This document shows, one piece after another, positions 44,521 to 61,590 of a stretch of 64,000 nt of DNA; position 1 is the first letter of the stretch; every line of letters starts with the position of its first letter. The position numbers and the translations under genes were made by a program. The notes beneath the pieces are model-generated. The model was not told where the DNA came from. It did not search any database and saw only the letters and a program-made list of their open reading frames with translations. The stretch comes from the human T2T-CHM13v2.0 reference genome, Homo sapiens. The stretch lies in the NCBI RefSeq assembly GCF_009914755.1, contig NC_060932.1; one strand, written 5' to 3'.

Positions 44521-46834
44521 GAAGAATTTATAGAGACAAATCAATAGCTTTAATTATTTGAACATTAAAAGGCTTCAGGTCTAAAATAAAAAAGACTAAA
44601 ATTAAGAAGCAAGCTAAACTGGAACAACTATTTATAATAAATGTGACAAAGGTTAATAGTTTTAGTATTTAAAGATTCAATTCAATTCAAATTGAGAACA
44701 ACAGCACTAAGGAGATCCTCATAGATAACGGAGTGAGATACTAATAGATAATTAGGAAATAAATTAGGTTAAGAAACTTATCAGTATGCAAATTTAAATA
44801 ATGGGGAGGTTTCATTTTTTGCTTGTCAGATTAGGAGATTTTTGAAAAAGAATTACAGCCAGACCTGATGGTGACAAAAGTATAGAATAAAAGAAGATTT
44901 ACATGCATTGCTGAAGGGAACATAAATTAATAAAATCTTTGTGGACACAACTATGTATTGAGTTTGCAAATTGCCCATATTCAGTGACCTAGAAACCTTT
45001 CATCTTGAAGTTTTAGCTAAGGAAATAATCTGAAGCATATAATAAGATACTACTCCTTGGACTATTTTGGTGTTTAAATGAGATAATTCATTCAATATTT
45101 ACCATATGTACTATATATATACTATATTTCCTGGTGCATGTAAACACAAAATGAATGTTATTATTATTATGAAACAAATCTGAGCCATAAAACATATTCA
45201 GAATCACTGCTAGTAGTGATTATGTAGATTACTGTGTTACAGAGAATAATAAGTTCAATTTGGTTTGTTATGTTATTTTAAAACTTCTCTCAGGAAATAA
45301 TTTGACAATCATGACATAAAAACCCACATCTTGAGGCATTTTGTGTCTAGAAGAATTCTATAATATAAATAATGTTCTACTTGATCATTAAGAAGAGTGA
45401 TAAAAGTTTAAAGAGAAACTTGAAATAATAAGAAACCCAGTATAGTATTTAACCAGAGAAAGGAGAATGGTACAGTAGACACTTGGACAAATATGTGCTG
45501 TTATCTGAAATTATCTTAAAATGGCAGAATTAAGGTAAGACTTGAGGCAATTTTTCTTATGGTCAGGAGGTTGTAACCTAGCTGGAAGCAGGGGAGTAGA
45601 AAGCAAAATTATAACTGAATTATAGATAATGGCTTAAATTGCACTTTTGGAAACTGCATGTAGTCCAAAATTTGGTCAAGTCTTTTTTTTTTTTCTATTT
45701 GAAATAACTTTCTTGGGCTTAGAATTACATAAGGAATCAGACTAACTCAAATTACCCTCAAATGGCAATTGACATTTGGTAAAATATACACAGTTGCAAG
45801 TTTCAATGTTCAAGGCTAATTTTACTTTTGAAATGCATTTGTCGTAAAGAACTGTGATGTGCACAGCATGTTACATCCAATAAAGTGGAAGAGAGAAATT
45901 GAAGCATTAGATTGGCTCCCACCTATGCACTTACCAGAAATGAATACACGTGCCTTATTTGTTAGAATTTAATCGCTGCCACCATGAAGTTATTTTGAAC
46001 TCAAAATGCACCCAGAACAGAGTGGGATAAGTGAGACGGGGAGAAATTGATGGTTTTCTGGGTCCCCTTCATTCCCTCCCTCTCTTTGTTTCCTTTCTTC
46101 TCTTCCTCCTTTTCTCCCTCCTTCCTTCTTTTCCTTCCTTCTTACTTTCTTTCAACATCTCAACATTTCTATTTTGATTCTTGGCTTAGCTGACCTGACT
46201 CTGAGTTAGTCTTTGCACAGCTTGAGAGCTGAGAATAGTTATGGGTATTTCCATGGATGTATGAAAGATGTCTTGATGCCAAGACATCATTATTCTTGTG
46301 AAGTGAGCATAAGTTTTAGAGTGAGATAGTCCTAGTTGATTCCCAGTTATACAGCTTATTAGTTGTGTGATATTGTATAAGTCACTGAACTTCACTGAAC
46401 CTCAGTTTTCTTAATTATAAATTGGGTTCCATATGACCAAGTTTGCAAGGCTGCGGTACAGCTTTGGACATATAGTAAATGTTCAATATTTGTTGTCAAT
46501 TATTGTACCCCTCCATCCGGACAAACAAAAAACCTCTTGGATTTTATGAGAGATGATTTGCTGCATAGGTTACAGTGCTTATCAACCTTTCTTGCCACCA
46601 TGGTTTATGGCTCAGATAACAGTCACAGAAACTCACTTTTAAGGTGTAAATATAATTTCTGCAATTTCTACCTTTGTCTACCATCCTGTTATCTCCCATT
46701 TAAGAAAGCATATCAGAATGCAAGAAAAGTACCATTGTGATGTTCTAGAAATAATCTTGAATGTAATCCAATTTATTTTTAGGAGGATAAGTAAATTTTT
46801 GTGTATTATTATTAAAATTACTTATAACATATTA

Positions 46835-48955
<2,121 letters not shown>

Positions 48956-49552
48956 GTCATGACTTTGACAGTCAATGATGTGCAGATAGTTTCCACTTCT
49001 ATATGCCCAGTCCTGATCTCTCTTCCAAGTTCCAGTACTATATTTGCAATGACTTGGTTATATCTAACTATGCTGAGTACTAACTTAAACTCGAAGTCCT
49101 TGTATTATTTACTTCTAGACCTGCTCTTCTTTTTCTGGTTCCGATTTCTGTTAGGGGTTACTAACTTCCCTACACAGAGACTCCAAACATTCATGTCATC
49201 TTTGAGTCCTTCCTCTCTCATGTTCTCTTCATCCAATTAAATATGTCCTCAACATTTTAATATTTATTTGCTCTTCTCCATTTCTAGAATTATTATTTAA
49301 TTAGACTTTACCTCTTACCTATACTCTTGGGAAATTTCTTAGCTGGTTTCTCTATCTACACACTCGTCTCTAATTAATCTTCTAACACTGTTGTCAGATG
49401 AACCCTAGAAACTTAGAATCATGGAATCATAGATGTTGGCATTACAAACAGAATTTAAAGTGACCTAGTTTAGTTATTGGATGTTCCTTAATCTTTCTAT
49501 ATCCCAAGCCAAAGCTATACTTAAAGAACGGTATTGCTAGCCTTAATCTTTA

Positions 49553-49897
<345 letters not shown>

Positions 49898-50470
49898 CTA
49901 CTTATTTATCCTCTTCCTCCTCCTCTATCTTCTTTGAGCTAAAATCCTTCTCCTGCTTTTATCTTAAGTCTATCTCTTGGGGCCATACAGAAATCAAATC
50001 CCTCTTCCATAGGTCAGGATTTCAAGACAGTTATTCTGTGTCGAAGTATAAATGCTCTCCCCTGGGAGAGGCTTTAGAAACTGTCAGAAGTACTGTTAAT
50101 TTTAATCATGCTGGTTGCAAACTTTTGTTGAAAGAAGATGGTGCATTTTGGCAGCCATCTCTGAAATCAAAGCTGTCCTAGATATTTAATTTTTTTTTTT
50201 TTTTGGTGGGCTGTGGGTTGTGGGTAAGGGAGGAAAAGGCAGAACTTTAAGACCAGGAACTTCCAAAACATGCATTATGAACTCATACACATCTGAAGGG
50301 ATTCAAAATTACAATTTGAAAAATATGTATCTTTTTACTAGTAATCTAGTAATGCTTTATTTCATAATTAATTAAAGTATGTTCCACAATTCCAAAAAAA
50401 ATAAGTTCACATATATATATAATTTGGTTAGATGGCCTTTCTCAAATTCATCCTCCATAGAACATATCAG

Positions 50471-50524
<54 letters not shown>

Positions 50525-50553
50525 TTATCTATCTATCTATTCATCCATCTATC
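50471..50553 (+). repeat. (ATCT)n tetranucleotide STR
   Basis: (ATCT)13 ATTT (ATCT)3 followed by degenerate units. Confidence 0.95.
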
Positions 50554-52236
50554 TTCATCACAAGGCAGTCTTTATATTTTACACAGAATGGCAGAAAAAT
50601 ACAGCAGAAAAATTTGTCATTTAATACAGAGAACAGTTTATATCCAAATTTAATTTTATTTTAGACTTTAGTTTAACCTGATTAGTTAGCAAATATGTGT
50701 AGCTTTTTTGGGGTAGCTCCCTAGGTCATAAATATTCTGGATTTCAGATTTCCTTCTATCAGAAAAAGGGAAAATCATTACAATATAAAAATTGACTAAA
50801 TAGAAGAACTTTTATGTCCAAGTGATTTGCTTTTCAATGTTTCTTCAATAAAGGTTAACTGTGTTCTTAAATGGAGAGTGAAATTTCTGATTACCTATTT
50901 CTTTTTTTCTAGGCAGAACATTCTTTATTTCTTCAACCATTATTCATGCTATATAGTTTCAAGAGCCTTCATTGCTCTGATTATTTTCCCCTGAGAAAGG
51001 CTCATTTTGTTTATAACCCTTGCAGCAGAGGCTGTTGGTGCTCCACCATCTGCCTTAGGCACTTGTAGTTCCCACTCACATCTCCTGTCCCATGGCAAGC
51101 ACCTGCAATTCCCAGCTAAAGGGCTTCCTGTTTCTGGTATTACCTGAGTCACCTCCATATCATCTACTTTGACTCAAATCTTAGTCTCAAGGCTTGCTTC
51201 TGGGGAAACCTAACCTTAATCACCCCTTTTAAAATATCCTGCTGTATACTTTGCACACAAGCATAAAACCATTCCTTGAATTTTAAGAGACAGGCAATAT
51301 GAAACTATCAAAGATATTTTGGTAAGCCATGTTAAGATTTTGTTTTTAACTTAACTCTAAGGGCAAGGGGAAATCACTGAGAAGTTTAGCAATGGAATGG
51401 CCAGATCGGATGTGCTTTGTGAAGGATGAATTTGAGAAAGGCAAGACTTAAAGGGGATGTCCACTTAGGAGTTTGTTCCCCCAGGCAAAAAAAATCATGG
51501 CCAACGGTAATGACAGCAGCAAAGAACAACCTCATGGGGAAAAAAGGTGTCGTTTTGAGAGACATTTACACAGTAGAATTGGCAGACCTTGGCTACTGGT
51601 ATTAATTGGATATGGAAGATGAGGGATTAACTGGATAGATGTCAGTGCCATTTTCATTCTTAAAGGAGAAGAAAGTTTAGGGGATGGGAAGAGAAGCTTT
51701 TTCCTTTTCACGTGTTGTTTTATGTTTGAGATGTTTGTGTGAACCTGATGAAGTACATGCTGTTTTAGAGAAAATGCAAATAAAACATGTTTATGAAGCT
51801 GATCTATAGCATTCATTTCACTTGTACAAAAGTGTCTTCCACTTTCTCTGCATAGCATCTGTCATCTGTGTCATTTTCATATTAGTTGTCTTTGAATTTT
51901 TCTGTTACTAAAAATTATATAATGTTGTAACCATTTAGAATAAACCATTTACATATCAATAGACAATGCTGGGCATCACAAAATATAACTTTTGTACCTG
52001 TAAGACATTTGAAATTGATAACATAATTACATTGTGTGTGAGTGTAAAAGGATTACGCTTATTCAGAATATTTTAAAAAATAACTCTAGACTTAAAGAAT
52101 AAAACATAGTTTGTAAGATTTGTACAAACTACAAGTGCCTAAACTACAAATGCCTTGGCCCTCTGCAAAGCTCGAATAATGTGGAAAGCCCTGTTTAATA
52201 TGAATAAAGATTAATTACTTTATGAAATAATTTTGT

Positions 52237-53190
52237 TTATCCTTTCAATATATGTTCATTAATACACCTAGTGCTGTTTAATGAACAAAGCAGATAAAGT
52301 CCCTTTCCCTCATGGAACTTATATTCTAGTGAAAATAGAGAAAGAAGAGAGAGAGACAAAGGACAATCAAAACAATAAATGAATACATTATTTACTATGA
52401 TAGGTGCTGACAAATTCTCTAAAAAATGCGGAACTAGCTCAGGAAGGGGAAGGAGAGGAGGAGAGGGGTGTAGCATTAAGGCAGACCTCTGCGAAAGTGC
52501 TCAGAGGCAGACCTCTGAGCAAATATTTGTAGGAAGTGAGGGAGTAGCCAAGATATTTGTAAGAAAAATGTTCTAGGCAGAGGGGTCAGCTAGAACAAGG
52601 GCCCTAAAATGAGAGCAGACCTGAGGTAGTGCAAATATAGCAAGGAGACAGACCAGTGGGCTGGAACAGAGTAAGCAAGAGGGGCAAAAGGGCTTCAGCC
52701 ATGTAGGGTCTTAGAAGGTATTGCAGGAACTTTAGCTCTTACTGTGAGTGAGATAGGAAGCAGTAAAAGGCTAAGGGCAGAGCAGAAAATTTTTCTGACA
52801 TATTTTTAAAGGATCATTCAGGCGTCTGTACTGAGAATAGACTAGAATGAAGTGTGGATGCAGAGAGAACATTTAAGAGGCTTTTAAAACTGTCCAAGTG
52901 AGAGATAAAGGGGGCTTAGATCAGTATAGCACTAGCTGGAGAGGTGAGAAATAGTTGGACTTTTAATATGTTTTGAAGTAGAGCCAAAAGCATTTGCTGG
53001 TGGCTTGGTTGTGAAATGTGAGAATCAGAAGAGTCAAAGGTGAATGAGGTTCTTGGCCTGAGCAAGTAATAAGATGGAGTTGCTTTTTACTAAAGAGAAA
53101 ATACTATAGAACCACAGGTCTGGAGAGTGGGCTGAGAGTTAAGAGTTCAATTTTTGACATATCAAATTTGAGCTACTTATTAGATAGTGA
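52237..53190 (-). mobile_element. L2 (L2a-like) 3' fragment
   Basis: ccctcatggaacttatattctagtg, tttttaaaggatcattc and gatggagttgc are typical L2 reverse-complement motifs. Confidence 0.75.
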
Positions 53191-53925
53191 GGTGGTTAAA
53201 AAATAAAATAATGCTGAGGATCTGAGTATGGATAATTTATCCAAACTCACATTTTTGTCACTTATTCCCTTTTGTTAATGACTGTCTATTTATAGCAGGG
53301 GGATCAGGGCATTATCATTATAAGCCTGAACTTGTGTGGGTATGTCTTGTGCATTGGCAAGACTAGGTGTGCTGAAAGATAATTTACAAAAGAGAGATTG
53401 AAGGACCGCATGAAAAATAAATTCATTTTAAGGGAAAGGCGAAGAAAATAAGCTTGGTCTAATAGTGCAGCAGCTTTAGTTGTCAAATCACAGGGCTAAT
53501 TTTGGCCACAGCATGGTGACCATCTCTCAGATTTGTCCAAGGCCCAGCTCCTTCTCTTCCTACTTGTTTCCATGATAGGCTCAGTTTTGGATATTATGAG
53601 AGAGAAGCTATGCGTACAAAGTGAAAGAATTACTTCCATTAAAATTTCTATACTACATCAGGACAAAAGAGATTATTGCATTGGTTAATTCCTGGCAGAT
53701 TGTTACAGATGAAAGAAGGGATTCATCTCTCCCTACATTGATATAGAACAGTGAGTAGATTTGAATACCTTGGTATTCAGTATATTAGCAGCACCAGAAA
53801 AGGCTGTGATGCAGGAAAACCCAGCATTGTTAAGTGTGGGGTACCTGGGAATTATAGTATGGTGGTACCCAGTGGAAGTGACAGCAAGGCTTAGGAAAGA
53901 TGGTGGTGCCTAGTTACAAGATGAG

Positions 53926-54287
53926 TGTTAGTGACTGCATGTTTGTGTCTCCCCAAAATTAATATATTAAAATCCTAACTCTTAATATGATATTAGGAGG
54001 CAGAGTGTTTGGGAGGTAATTAGGTCATGGTATTAAGGTGGAGCCCTCATGAATGGGATTAGTGCCCTTATAAGAAGACACATAAGAGAGATGTTCTTTC
54101 TCTTCCATGAAAGAACAAACAGAGAAGACAGCCATCTATAAACCACGAAGAGGGCCTTCACCAAGAAGCTGACCATGCTGGCACCCTGATCTCAGATTTC
54201 CAGCCTTCAGAATCGTGGGAAATAAATATTTTTTGTTAAGTCACCAAGTTTATGGCATTCTGTTATAGCAACCAGGACAGACTAAGA
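53926..54287 (+). mobile_element. MLT1A-family MaLR LTR
   Basis: ggtggagccctcatgaatgggattagtgcccttataagaaga; ctggcaccctgatctcagatttccagcc; ends gactaaga. Confidence 0.88.
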
Positions 54288-54342
54288 GGAGATCCCTAGT
54301 TCAGTATGAAATTCCCACTGGGGACTCAGAGCAGTACTTTGG

Positions 54343-54393
54343 GTGTGTTTGTGTGTGTGTGTGTGCACGTGTGTGTGGATGTGTGTGTGTATG
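54343..54393 (+). repeat. Imperfect (TG)n microsatellite
   Basis: Read directly from the sequence. Confidence 0.85.
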
Positions 54394-57300
54394 TATACAA
54401 TGCATACTACTGAGTCCATAATATTAGATGAATTTGAGAATTAGAGAAGCATAAACTTTTATTATCAAAGTGATTTGATTTTGGCCTCAGTCTGGGGTAG
54501 ACTAAAAGAGTGGGTTCAAATGCATTGCTTTTTTTTAAAAAAAAAGACTGCATTTTTGATCACTTTGGTTATTTAGCATAGGATGCTACTGAAACAAAAA
54601 TTATGAGTCCCGTGTCTTAATGGGCCCATAGGGAACATGTGATTAGGAAAGAAATTATTGGGTCTACTCTGGATGAGATACTATTAATAGATTTGTACAC
54701 AAACTATTTCATGATACAAGCTACCATTTCCTCATGGAGGACTGGATATAGAAAGAAGGTCTTTATGATAAAGATTATAATGATGATGATGATGACAGCA
54801 ACTTTTATGAACTAATGTCTCAAGCCTATTCAATTTGTTTTATATACATTGTGCTCTTTAATTTTTACAGCAGTACTATAGAGATTGGCATCACTGTACA
54901 ATTTGATATTTTACAGTTCCTCATTTACAAATGAGGAAGCTTAAACTCAGGTAGGTTGAGAAACATGCCCACAATTACATAGCTAGCTGCAGTGTGACTA
55001 TTCAAATCTAGACCTCCATGACTTTACAGTCTACTTTCTTCACACTTGCTAAGAAGCTATTGATTTAGTAATGTTATATAGCTGACTATCCAAGGATTCA
55101 GAGGTTTTTGATAACAAATATATATATATGTGTGTATATATATTTATATTTTTTCTCTCATTCTGTAGTCCATGGATCTGCTAAGAGAGCGCTGTTTCAG
55201 GCTGTTGGTCAGCAGGGCTAGACTCCAGCTTTGGATTGGGTTCATGTCTGTTCATGTATCCCATTTTGGGTGCGTTAGGAGTGTAGTTTTGTCATGGCCA
55301 CCAGCGATAACCCCATCAGATCACACACCTTTTTTTAAATGCTTCTGCTCATGTCATATCCACACACATTACAAAGAAAGCTACAAGTCTAAGCTCAATA
55401 CTAATGGGGTGAGGAAGCATCCTGATAGTGGGAAGAACTGCAAAATTACATGGCTTAGGGAAAAGATTCATAATTTTATAATAGGAAAGGAATGAAGAAT
55501 GAAGAACAAGAATCTAATTTACCACAATAGTGTATAAAACTGCTTTCCTGTTGAGAAACAATTTATCACTGCTTCAAAGGAGGCATTCTAACTGTATTAT
55601 CCCTTGATGGTGGTTCAGAAGTGCCATCTTTCTAAATGAAGAACTACATAACACAAAATATCAGATCTTTATAGGTGCTTGAAAAGGCTACTGATGACAC
55701 CAAGTTTTTTAGTTAACTGGAAAGTGCAAATGCACATTTTCTACTTCTATTACTTATATGCCTTTCTCTTGGAATAACATAAATTTAAACATTACTGTCT
55801 GTGTTCAAGTTGGATCTTTTCATGCTTTCTAGACTTCCATCCCAACCATAATTGCTAATTCTTTTTACATCTGGATGTTTCTATAATACCGAAGTTTATC
55901 TTTATAGCTTTTTCTATATGACAGGAAAGCAACTGGTTGATTTCATTAAAATCAGAAAAGCAATATGATCCAAGAAATTGTTTGGCCTCATACATAATCA
56001 AAAAACACTTTTATTGATTATGTATTTTTTCATTTCATTGGTTATTACGGCTTCATGCAGACAATGTTTTAGTTTACGGAGATTCTGCACACTCAGTCCT
56101 GCTTGCATCTATTCTTTTGAAATTTTATAGAAAGTAAATGCTAATAACTGTGAATTATTGTTTATTTGTACCCTGCCAGGTCGAGGTGCATTCATCAACA
56201 TTCATCTGGACTCTGGGGTTCCTTTCCTGCATAATGTTCCAACTGAGTCTCTAAATGTCTGTAGAATCTTCAAAATTAATATAAAAGCATTTTAATGGGG
56301 AGTTGTAGCATAGATTCTTGTTCTTTATTTTTATTTTTAGCTTTTCAAGGGGTTGTTTTCAAGAGTGCCCCATGGTGGAGCCGGAAGTAGCCACAATAGA
56401 AGACAGCTTCTTGCAGAGAGAAAGCTTGGTTTTGACATTTTGCTTCTTTAACATTTCCTTCCCATCTTCTATCAAAAACATCCATCAGGGGTCTGTTAAA
56501 GCACATGGGGTATATGCTGTGAAAAACTGGTCACCTTTGACAGCCAATAGCAAAAGTGAGTCAAAGGTGACCTTTTCGTCTATTATGTAGCTCAACTGAG
56601 GAACTTGCTTTTTGAACTTTGCCAACTTAGCTTCTTCAGTCACGGAGTTCTTGTAATAGCCAATATGCGACAGCCCAGCATGCAAGTTAATTGCATCTTA
56701 TTGTAAAAACCTGTAAAGTTCACTTTTCAAAACACTCCACAGTTAGTGGTGTGGAACATACCTTCAAATATTCAACAGCAGTTCTAGGGGCCAGGAAGCA
56801 GTTCTGCTCATTCTCTTTATACCTGCTGTCAGCCCGTCTAACTATGCTCCGAATGCCAGGCTCTAGGCTAGGGGCTCTATGGAACAGCCTTATGAAGTAG
56901 GTGGTATTCTTAGACCCATTTCATGGGCGAGGAATCTGCAGCATAGAGAAAATACAGTTGGGTCATGGTCACACAACCATGAAGTGGAAGAATCAAGTCT
57001 CTCCGATGCTAAAACATGTTTGTAACCACCACCAGTATCTAACACCTCTCTCATTGTATCTTCTCATTGCGATTGCATCACACCTGGGCAGTGGCCCAGG
57101 AGAAGCTTTAAGTAGATGATTTAATTTAAAAATCTTTTACATACGGTTATATGTGTGTATGTATGTTTCTGTATCAAAACCAATTTGAGGGAAAATGTTA
57201 TGATTCCCCAAAATGTTGTTTCAAGGACAAAAGCCTAGAAAAAGCAGGATTGTAGAGTAGAAGATATAGTTTATAGAAGCCAAGCACTTGAATTAGACTC

Positions 57301-57748
57301 TAATTTTTTCTTCCTACATGTGTGAACTTTGAAAAATCACCTTACATTTCTGAGACCCACTTTTCTCATTTGTAAAATGCAGATACTTATGGGAGGGGTC
57401 AATGAGATAATACGTCCTACAATCTGTGTCTAATAATAGTAGGACTCAGCCAATAATAGGTGGCTTTGGTTTCCTGTAATTCCTATGTGTTTTTGTGTGC
57501 ACATGTATGCATGTGTGTACATAGGAGAAGGGGGGCAGGGGATGTTTATCACATTGTTTTGACAAGTATGTCAATTTGACTTTCATAAGTATTTCATAAA
57601 ATGTAATCCTGGTGGAGTTGATCAGTAATCCATATTAAGAATAGAAAACCAGTGGAGAAAAATGTTTACACCAATGCTTGATATAATGTTTGAGATACAA
57701 TTATATAACATACACACTAATGCTTATACTCTTGGCACTGAGAATTCT

Positions 57749-58201
57749 TATTTTAAGTTCTGGGGTACATGTGCAGGATGCAGAGATTTGTTACATAGAT
57801 AAACGTGTGCCATGGTGGTTTGCTGTACTACCAACCCATTACTTAGGTATTAAGCCCAGCATGCATTAGCTATTATTTCTGATGCCCTCCCCACCCCCTC
57901 ACGCTTTCCTGACAAGCCCCAGTGTGTTGTTCCCCTCCATGTGCCCATGTGTTCTTATTGTTCAACTTCCACTTATAAGTGACAACATGCAGTGTTTGTT
58001 TTTCTGTTCCTGCATTAGTTTGCTAAGGATAATAGCTTCCAGCTTCATCCATGTCCCTGCAAAGGACATAATCTCATTCCTTTTTATGGCTGCATAGTAT
58101 TCCATGGTATATATGTACCACATTTTCTTTATCCATTGATGGGCATTTGGGTTGATTCCATGTCTTTGCTATTGTGAATAGTGCTGCAATGAACATACAT
58201 A
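57749..58201 (-). mobile_element. 5'-truncated L1PA (about L1PA7-8) 3' end
   Basis: L1 3'UTR in reverse orientation. 15-bp TSD ggcactgagaattct (57734-57748) / ggcactgaaaattct (58202-58216). Confidence 0.9.
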
Positions 58202-58364
58202 GGCACTGAAAATTCTAATATGATTACCTTTTTATAGTAGACTTAAAGACATCATTGTTATAAATTGCTCCCCCCAGCCCTTGGTAGAAGAACAACTCTT
58301 TTATATAGAATTTTATACTAGGAAAGAACAATAATTATACTAAATAAAAGTTGTATAGCCTTTT

Positions 58365-58684
<320 letters not shown>

Positions 58685-58752
58685 TTAACCCTGCTAAAGA
58701 ACATGACTTTTTTTGGTATTTTCAAAAGACAGACAAATTCAATTCTTATTTA

Positions 58753-59046
58753 TTTATTTATTTTTGAGACGAAGTCTCACTGTTGCCGAGGCTGGAGTGT
58801 AGTGGTGAGATGTTGGCTTACTGCAACTTCTGCCTCCTGGGTTCAGACGATTCTACTACCTCAGCCTCCTTAGTAACTGGGATTACAGGCACATGCCACC
58901 ATGCCCAGCTAATTTTTGTGTTTTTAGTAGAGATGGGGTTTTGCCACGTTGGCCAGGTAGGTCTCAAACTCCTGACCTCAAGGTTATCTGCCTGCCTCGG
59001 CCTCCCAAAGTACTGGGATTACAGACATGGCCCACTGTGCCCAGCC
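58753..59046 (-). mobile_element. AluS
   Basis: Dimer in reverse orientation; TSD tcaattcttattta (58739-58752) / tcaatttttattta (59047-59060). Confidence 0.9.
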
Positions 59047-61234
59047 TCAATTTTTATTTAAATTAGAAAACTACATATTGTCCAAATGCCTATAGTTACC
59101 CAGAGCTAGCCTAAAATTCTGAAAACTACAAAATAAGATTTTTAATTTTGGAAGGCACACATTATATTGGCATTCCCTATAAACAGTACTCCCTTGTAGT
59201 TTCAAAAACTGTAGCTATGTGAATAAAAGTTTCCAGTCCCTTCTTTCTACTGTTCATTTGACTTTTAGAAAGTAGAGTAGTGCATTGGGCAATATAAATT
59301 CTATAGATGGCTTATGACTCAAAATCACACTTTTTGTCATCTAGATCGTTCACTAATCAGTCATGAATGACTTAAAGAATGGAAAAAACAAAGAAATAAA
59401 AAAATCTATAAGATGTCTCTTAGTTTAGGCACTGGGAATCCAGCAGGGATAAAACAGGGATAGAGCATGTAGTATAGCCAGACTATTTTTACAGGTTTTC
59501 TCCTTTATTCAATTATAGAACTGACATTAGACCTTCTGTCTGAATAAAGGTAGCTCCATGAGTTGTAATGCCAATTGTCTATATTTTTGATTTCATCTTA
59601 ATAATGCTAAGGTCTTCATATTAAAAACAACAGGAATTAGCATCTAGCTGTGAGTTTAGTTAAGTCTACTTGTATGCCAAAAAACCTCTTTTCTTAAAAT
59701 TCCCAAGGCTAATTCATGTGTCAGGATAGGTTATTTAATTTGATGTATTTCTCTGACCTTGACATAACAGAACTTCAAATATCACTAAAAATTCTTAGCA
59801 CCGGGCAGCCCAGTCATGATTCAGGATTTAGCTGCTTATTCAATTTTTGGCAAGAGTTTCTAACATGTCAGCTGAACAGATTTTTCATTCTCTGTGTTTT
59901 TGATCCCATAAAATCAAATTGCCCATACCTGTGTTTTTGATCCCATAATTTCTCCATTCACATTCATAGCTGTTCCCTGGCCAGGTTTGGGTAAATGTCT
60001 GTTGCTGCTGATTCATGGGCACCCTGGCTGGCCTCAGAATGGACAGAATGAAGTTTCATAGAGCACTTTGGCATGTCTCTCTCCACCATTTCTCATAGAC
60101 TCAAGGCATAAATAATTTGTTAGGTACAGAATGTGCAGAAGTATAAAGAGGAGTGGATGATGAGAAAGTGAGTCAGGAGCCATTATTAGGTGTGTGCACA
60201 ACTGATGGAAGATTTAGGATGCCAAAGAGTTTGGAGGTAATCTAATAGTGGAGAGAGAGTGTCCTTGAATATGGGAATAGTGTAATGAAAACTATATCTT
60301 ATCAGGAGAACTTGAAGTGGTGTCTTGGTTAAGCTAACATGGGGAAGAAATAGGAGGCAATAACAAGTAATCATAGGATTGACATGTGATAATGAGGTTT
60401 TAATGATTGTTTTAAGATTTCCTGCTTAAGCAGAATACAATCAGAAGTAAAAAATGACAATTTTTCCCCTCAGGTTTTGAATAATTGGAAAGCATAAAGA
60501 TATAGACAGTCTTGAAAAAAACTTAAGGAATGAGTTTAAGGTTCTAATTTTCAACCCTCATTGTTCATCCTAGATTTCTTTATACCATGCTTCTGTCTTG
60601 ACACTGCAGTCCTTACCCTTAACTGAATGATGTAGAAGTAATTGCAGATTTTTGTAATTAAACATTTTTACTAGAAAGAGGAGTTTTAGGTAACTCATAG
60701 TAATATCTACCTATCCATCATTTTTCTATTGATATAAAATTGCTTAATATAATGTAATCTTTATTAACAAAAATACAAATTATAAAATTACAAAATGTAA
60801 ATTTTATCCAATTATAAATTTTTCATCATCATCCATTTTCTCATGAATTCAGCAAATATATATCCTCTTACAAACTTGTAAGTAACATTTATAAAGCATT
60901 TCAGGATACTTTGAGGGACAGATCACTGTGAATTTTGATCTTGCACTTCTGAGTTCCCTGTAGAGCCCATTACTTCAAGGTTCTCACTGGTAATATTAGA
61001 TAAGACAATGATAGCCACATAAACCACCTAATTTGTACCTAGGAATTGACATAGATGAAAAAACTGACTAAAAAATAAGAAGGAGAGTGTTATGGCACAT
61101 GGTGGTATTTTTCTGTATTTCTTGTTAAGCTCAGACATACATTCATTAAAGAGAAATGATAAAGCCCAGGCTACTATTATGATTTCATATCAACTCTCTG
61201 GCTCTGAGCCAATATGTTATTCACTAACAAAATT

Positions 61235-61590
61235 TGCTATTCTGACCTGAAGTGTGTTGTTGTGTAAAATATGCACTGGATTTTGAAAATTAGTACATAA
61301 AAAGCCCTATAAATTATCTCAACAATTTTTGTATTGATTAATATCTTGAAATCAATTTTCGAAATATTGAGTTAAACAAAATATATTATTACAGTTATTT
61401 TATTTATTTTTAATGTAGTTACTAGAAAAAAAATCTAAAATTAAACATGCGGCTCACTTTTTTATTTATTTATTTATTTATTTTTTATTTTTTTGAGACG
61501 GAGTCTTGCTCTGTCGCCCAGGCTGGAGTTCAGTGGCGCGATCTCGGCTCACTGCAAGCAGCTCACTTATTTTTATAAGACAGTACTGTT
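61235..61590. mobile_element. MER33-like hAT MITE interrupted by a short Alu
   Basis: tgtaaaatatgcactggattttgaa; ttttaatgtagttactagaaaa...aaaatta..catgcggctcac; ends gacagtactg. Confidence 0.65.
61460..61557 (-). mobile_element. Severely 5'-truncated AluY-type element
   Basis: (TTTA)n tail plus about 63 nt of the Alu 3' end. TSD gcggctcactt (61449-61459) / gcagctcactt (61558-61568). Confidence 0.85.
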
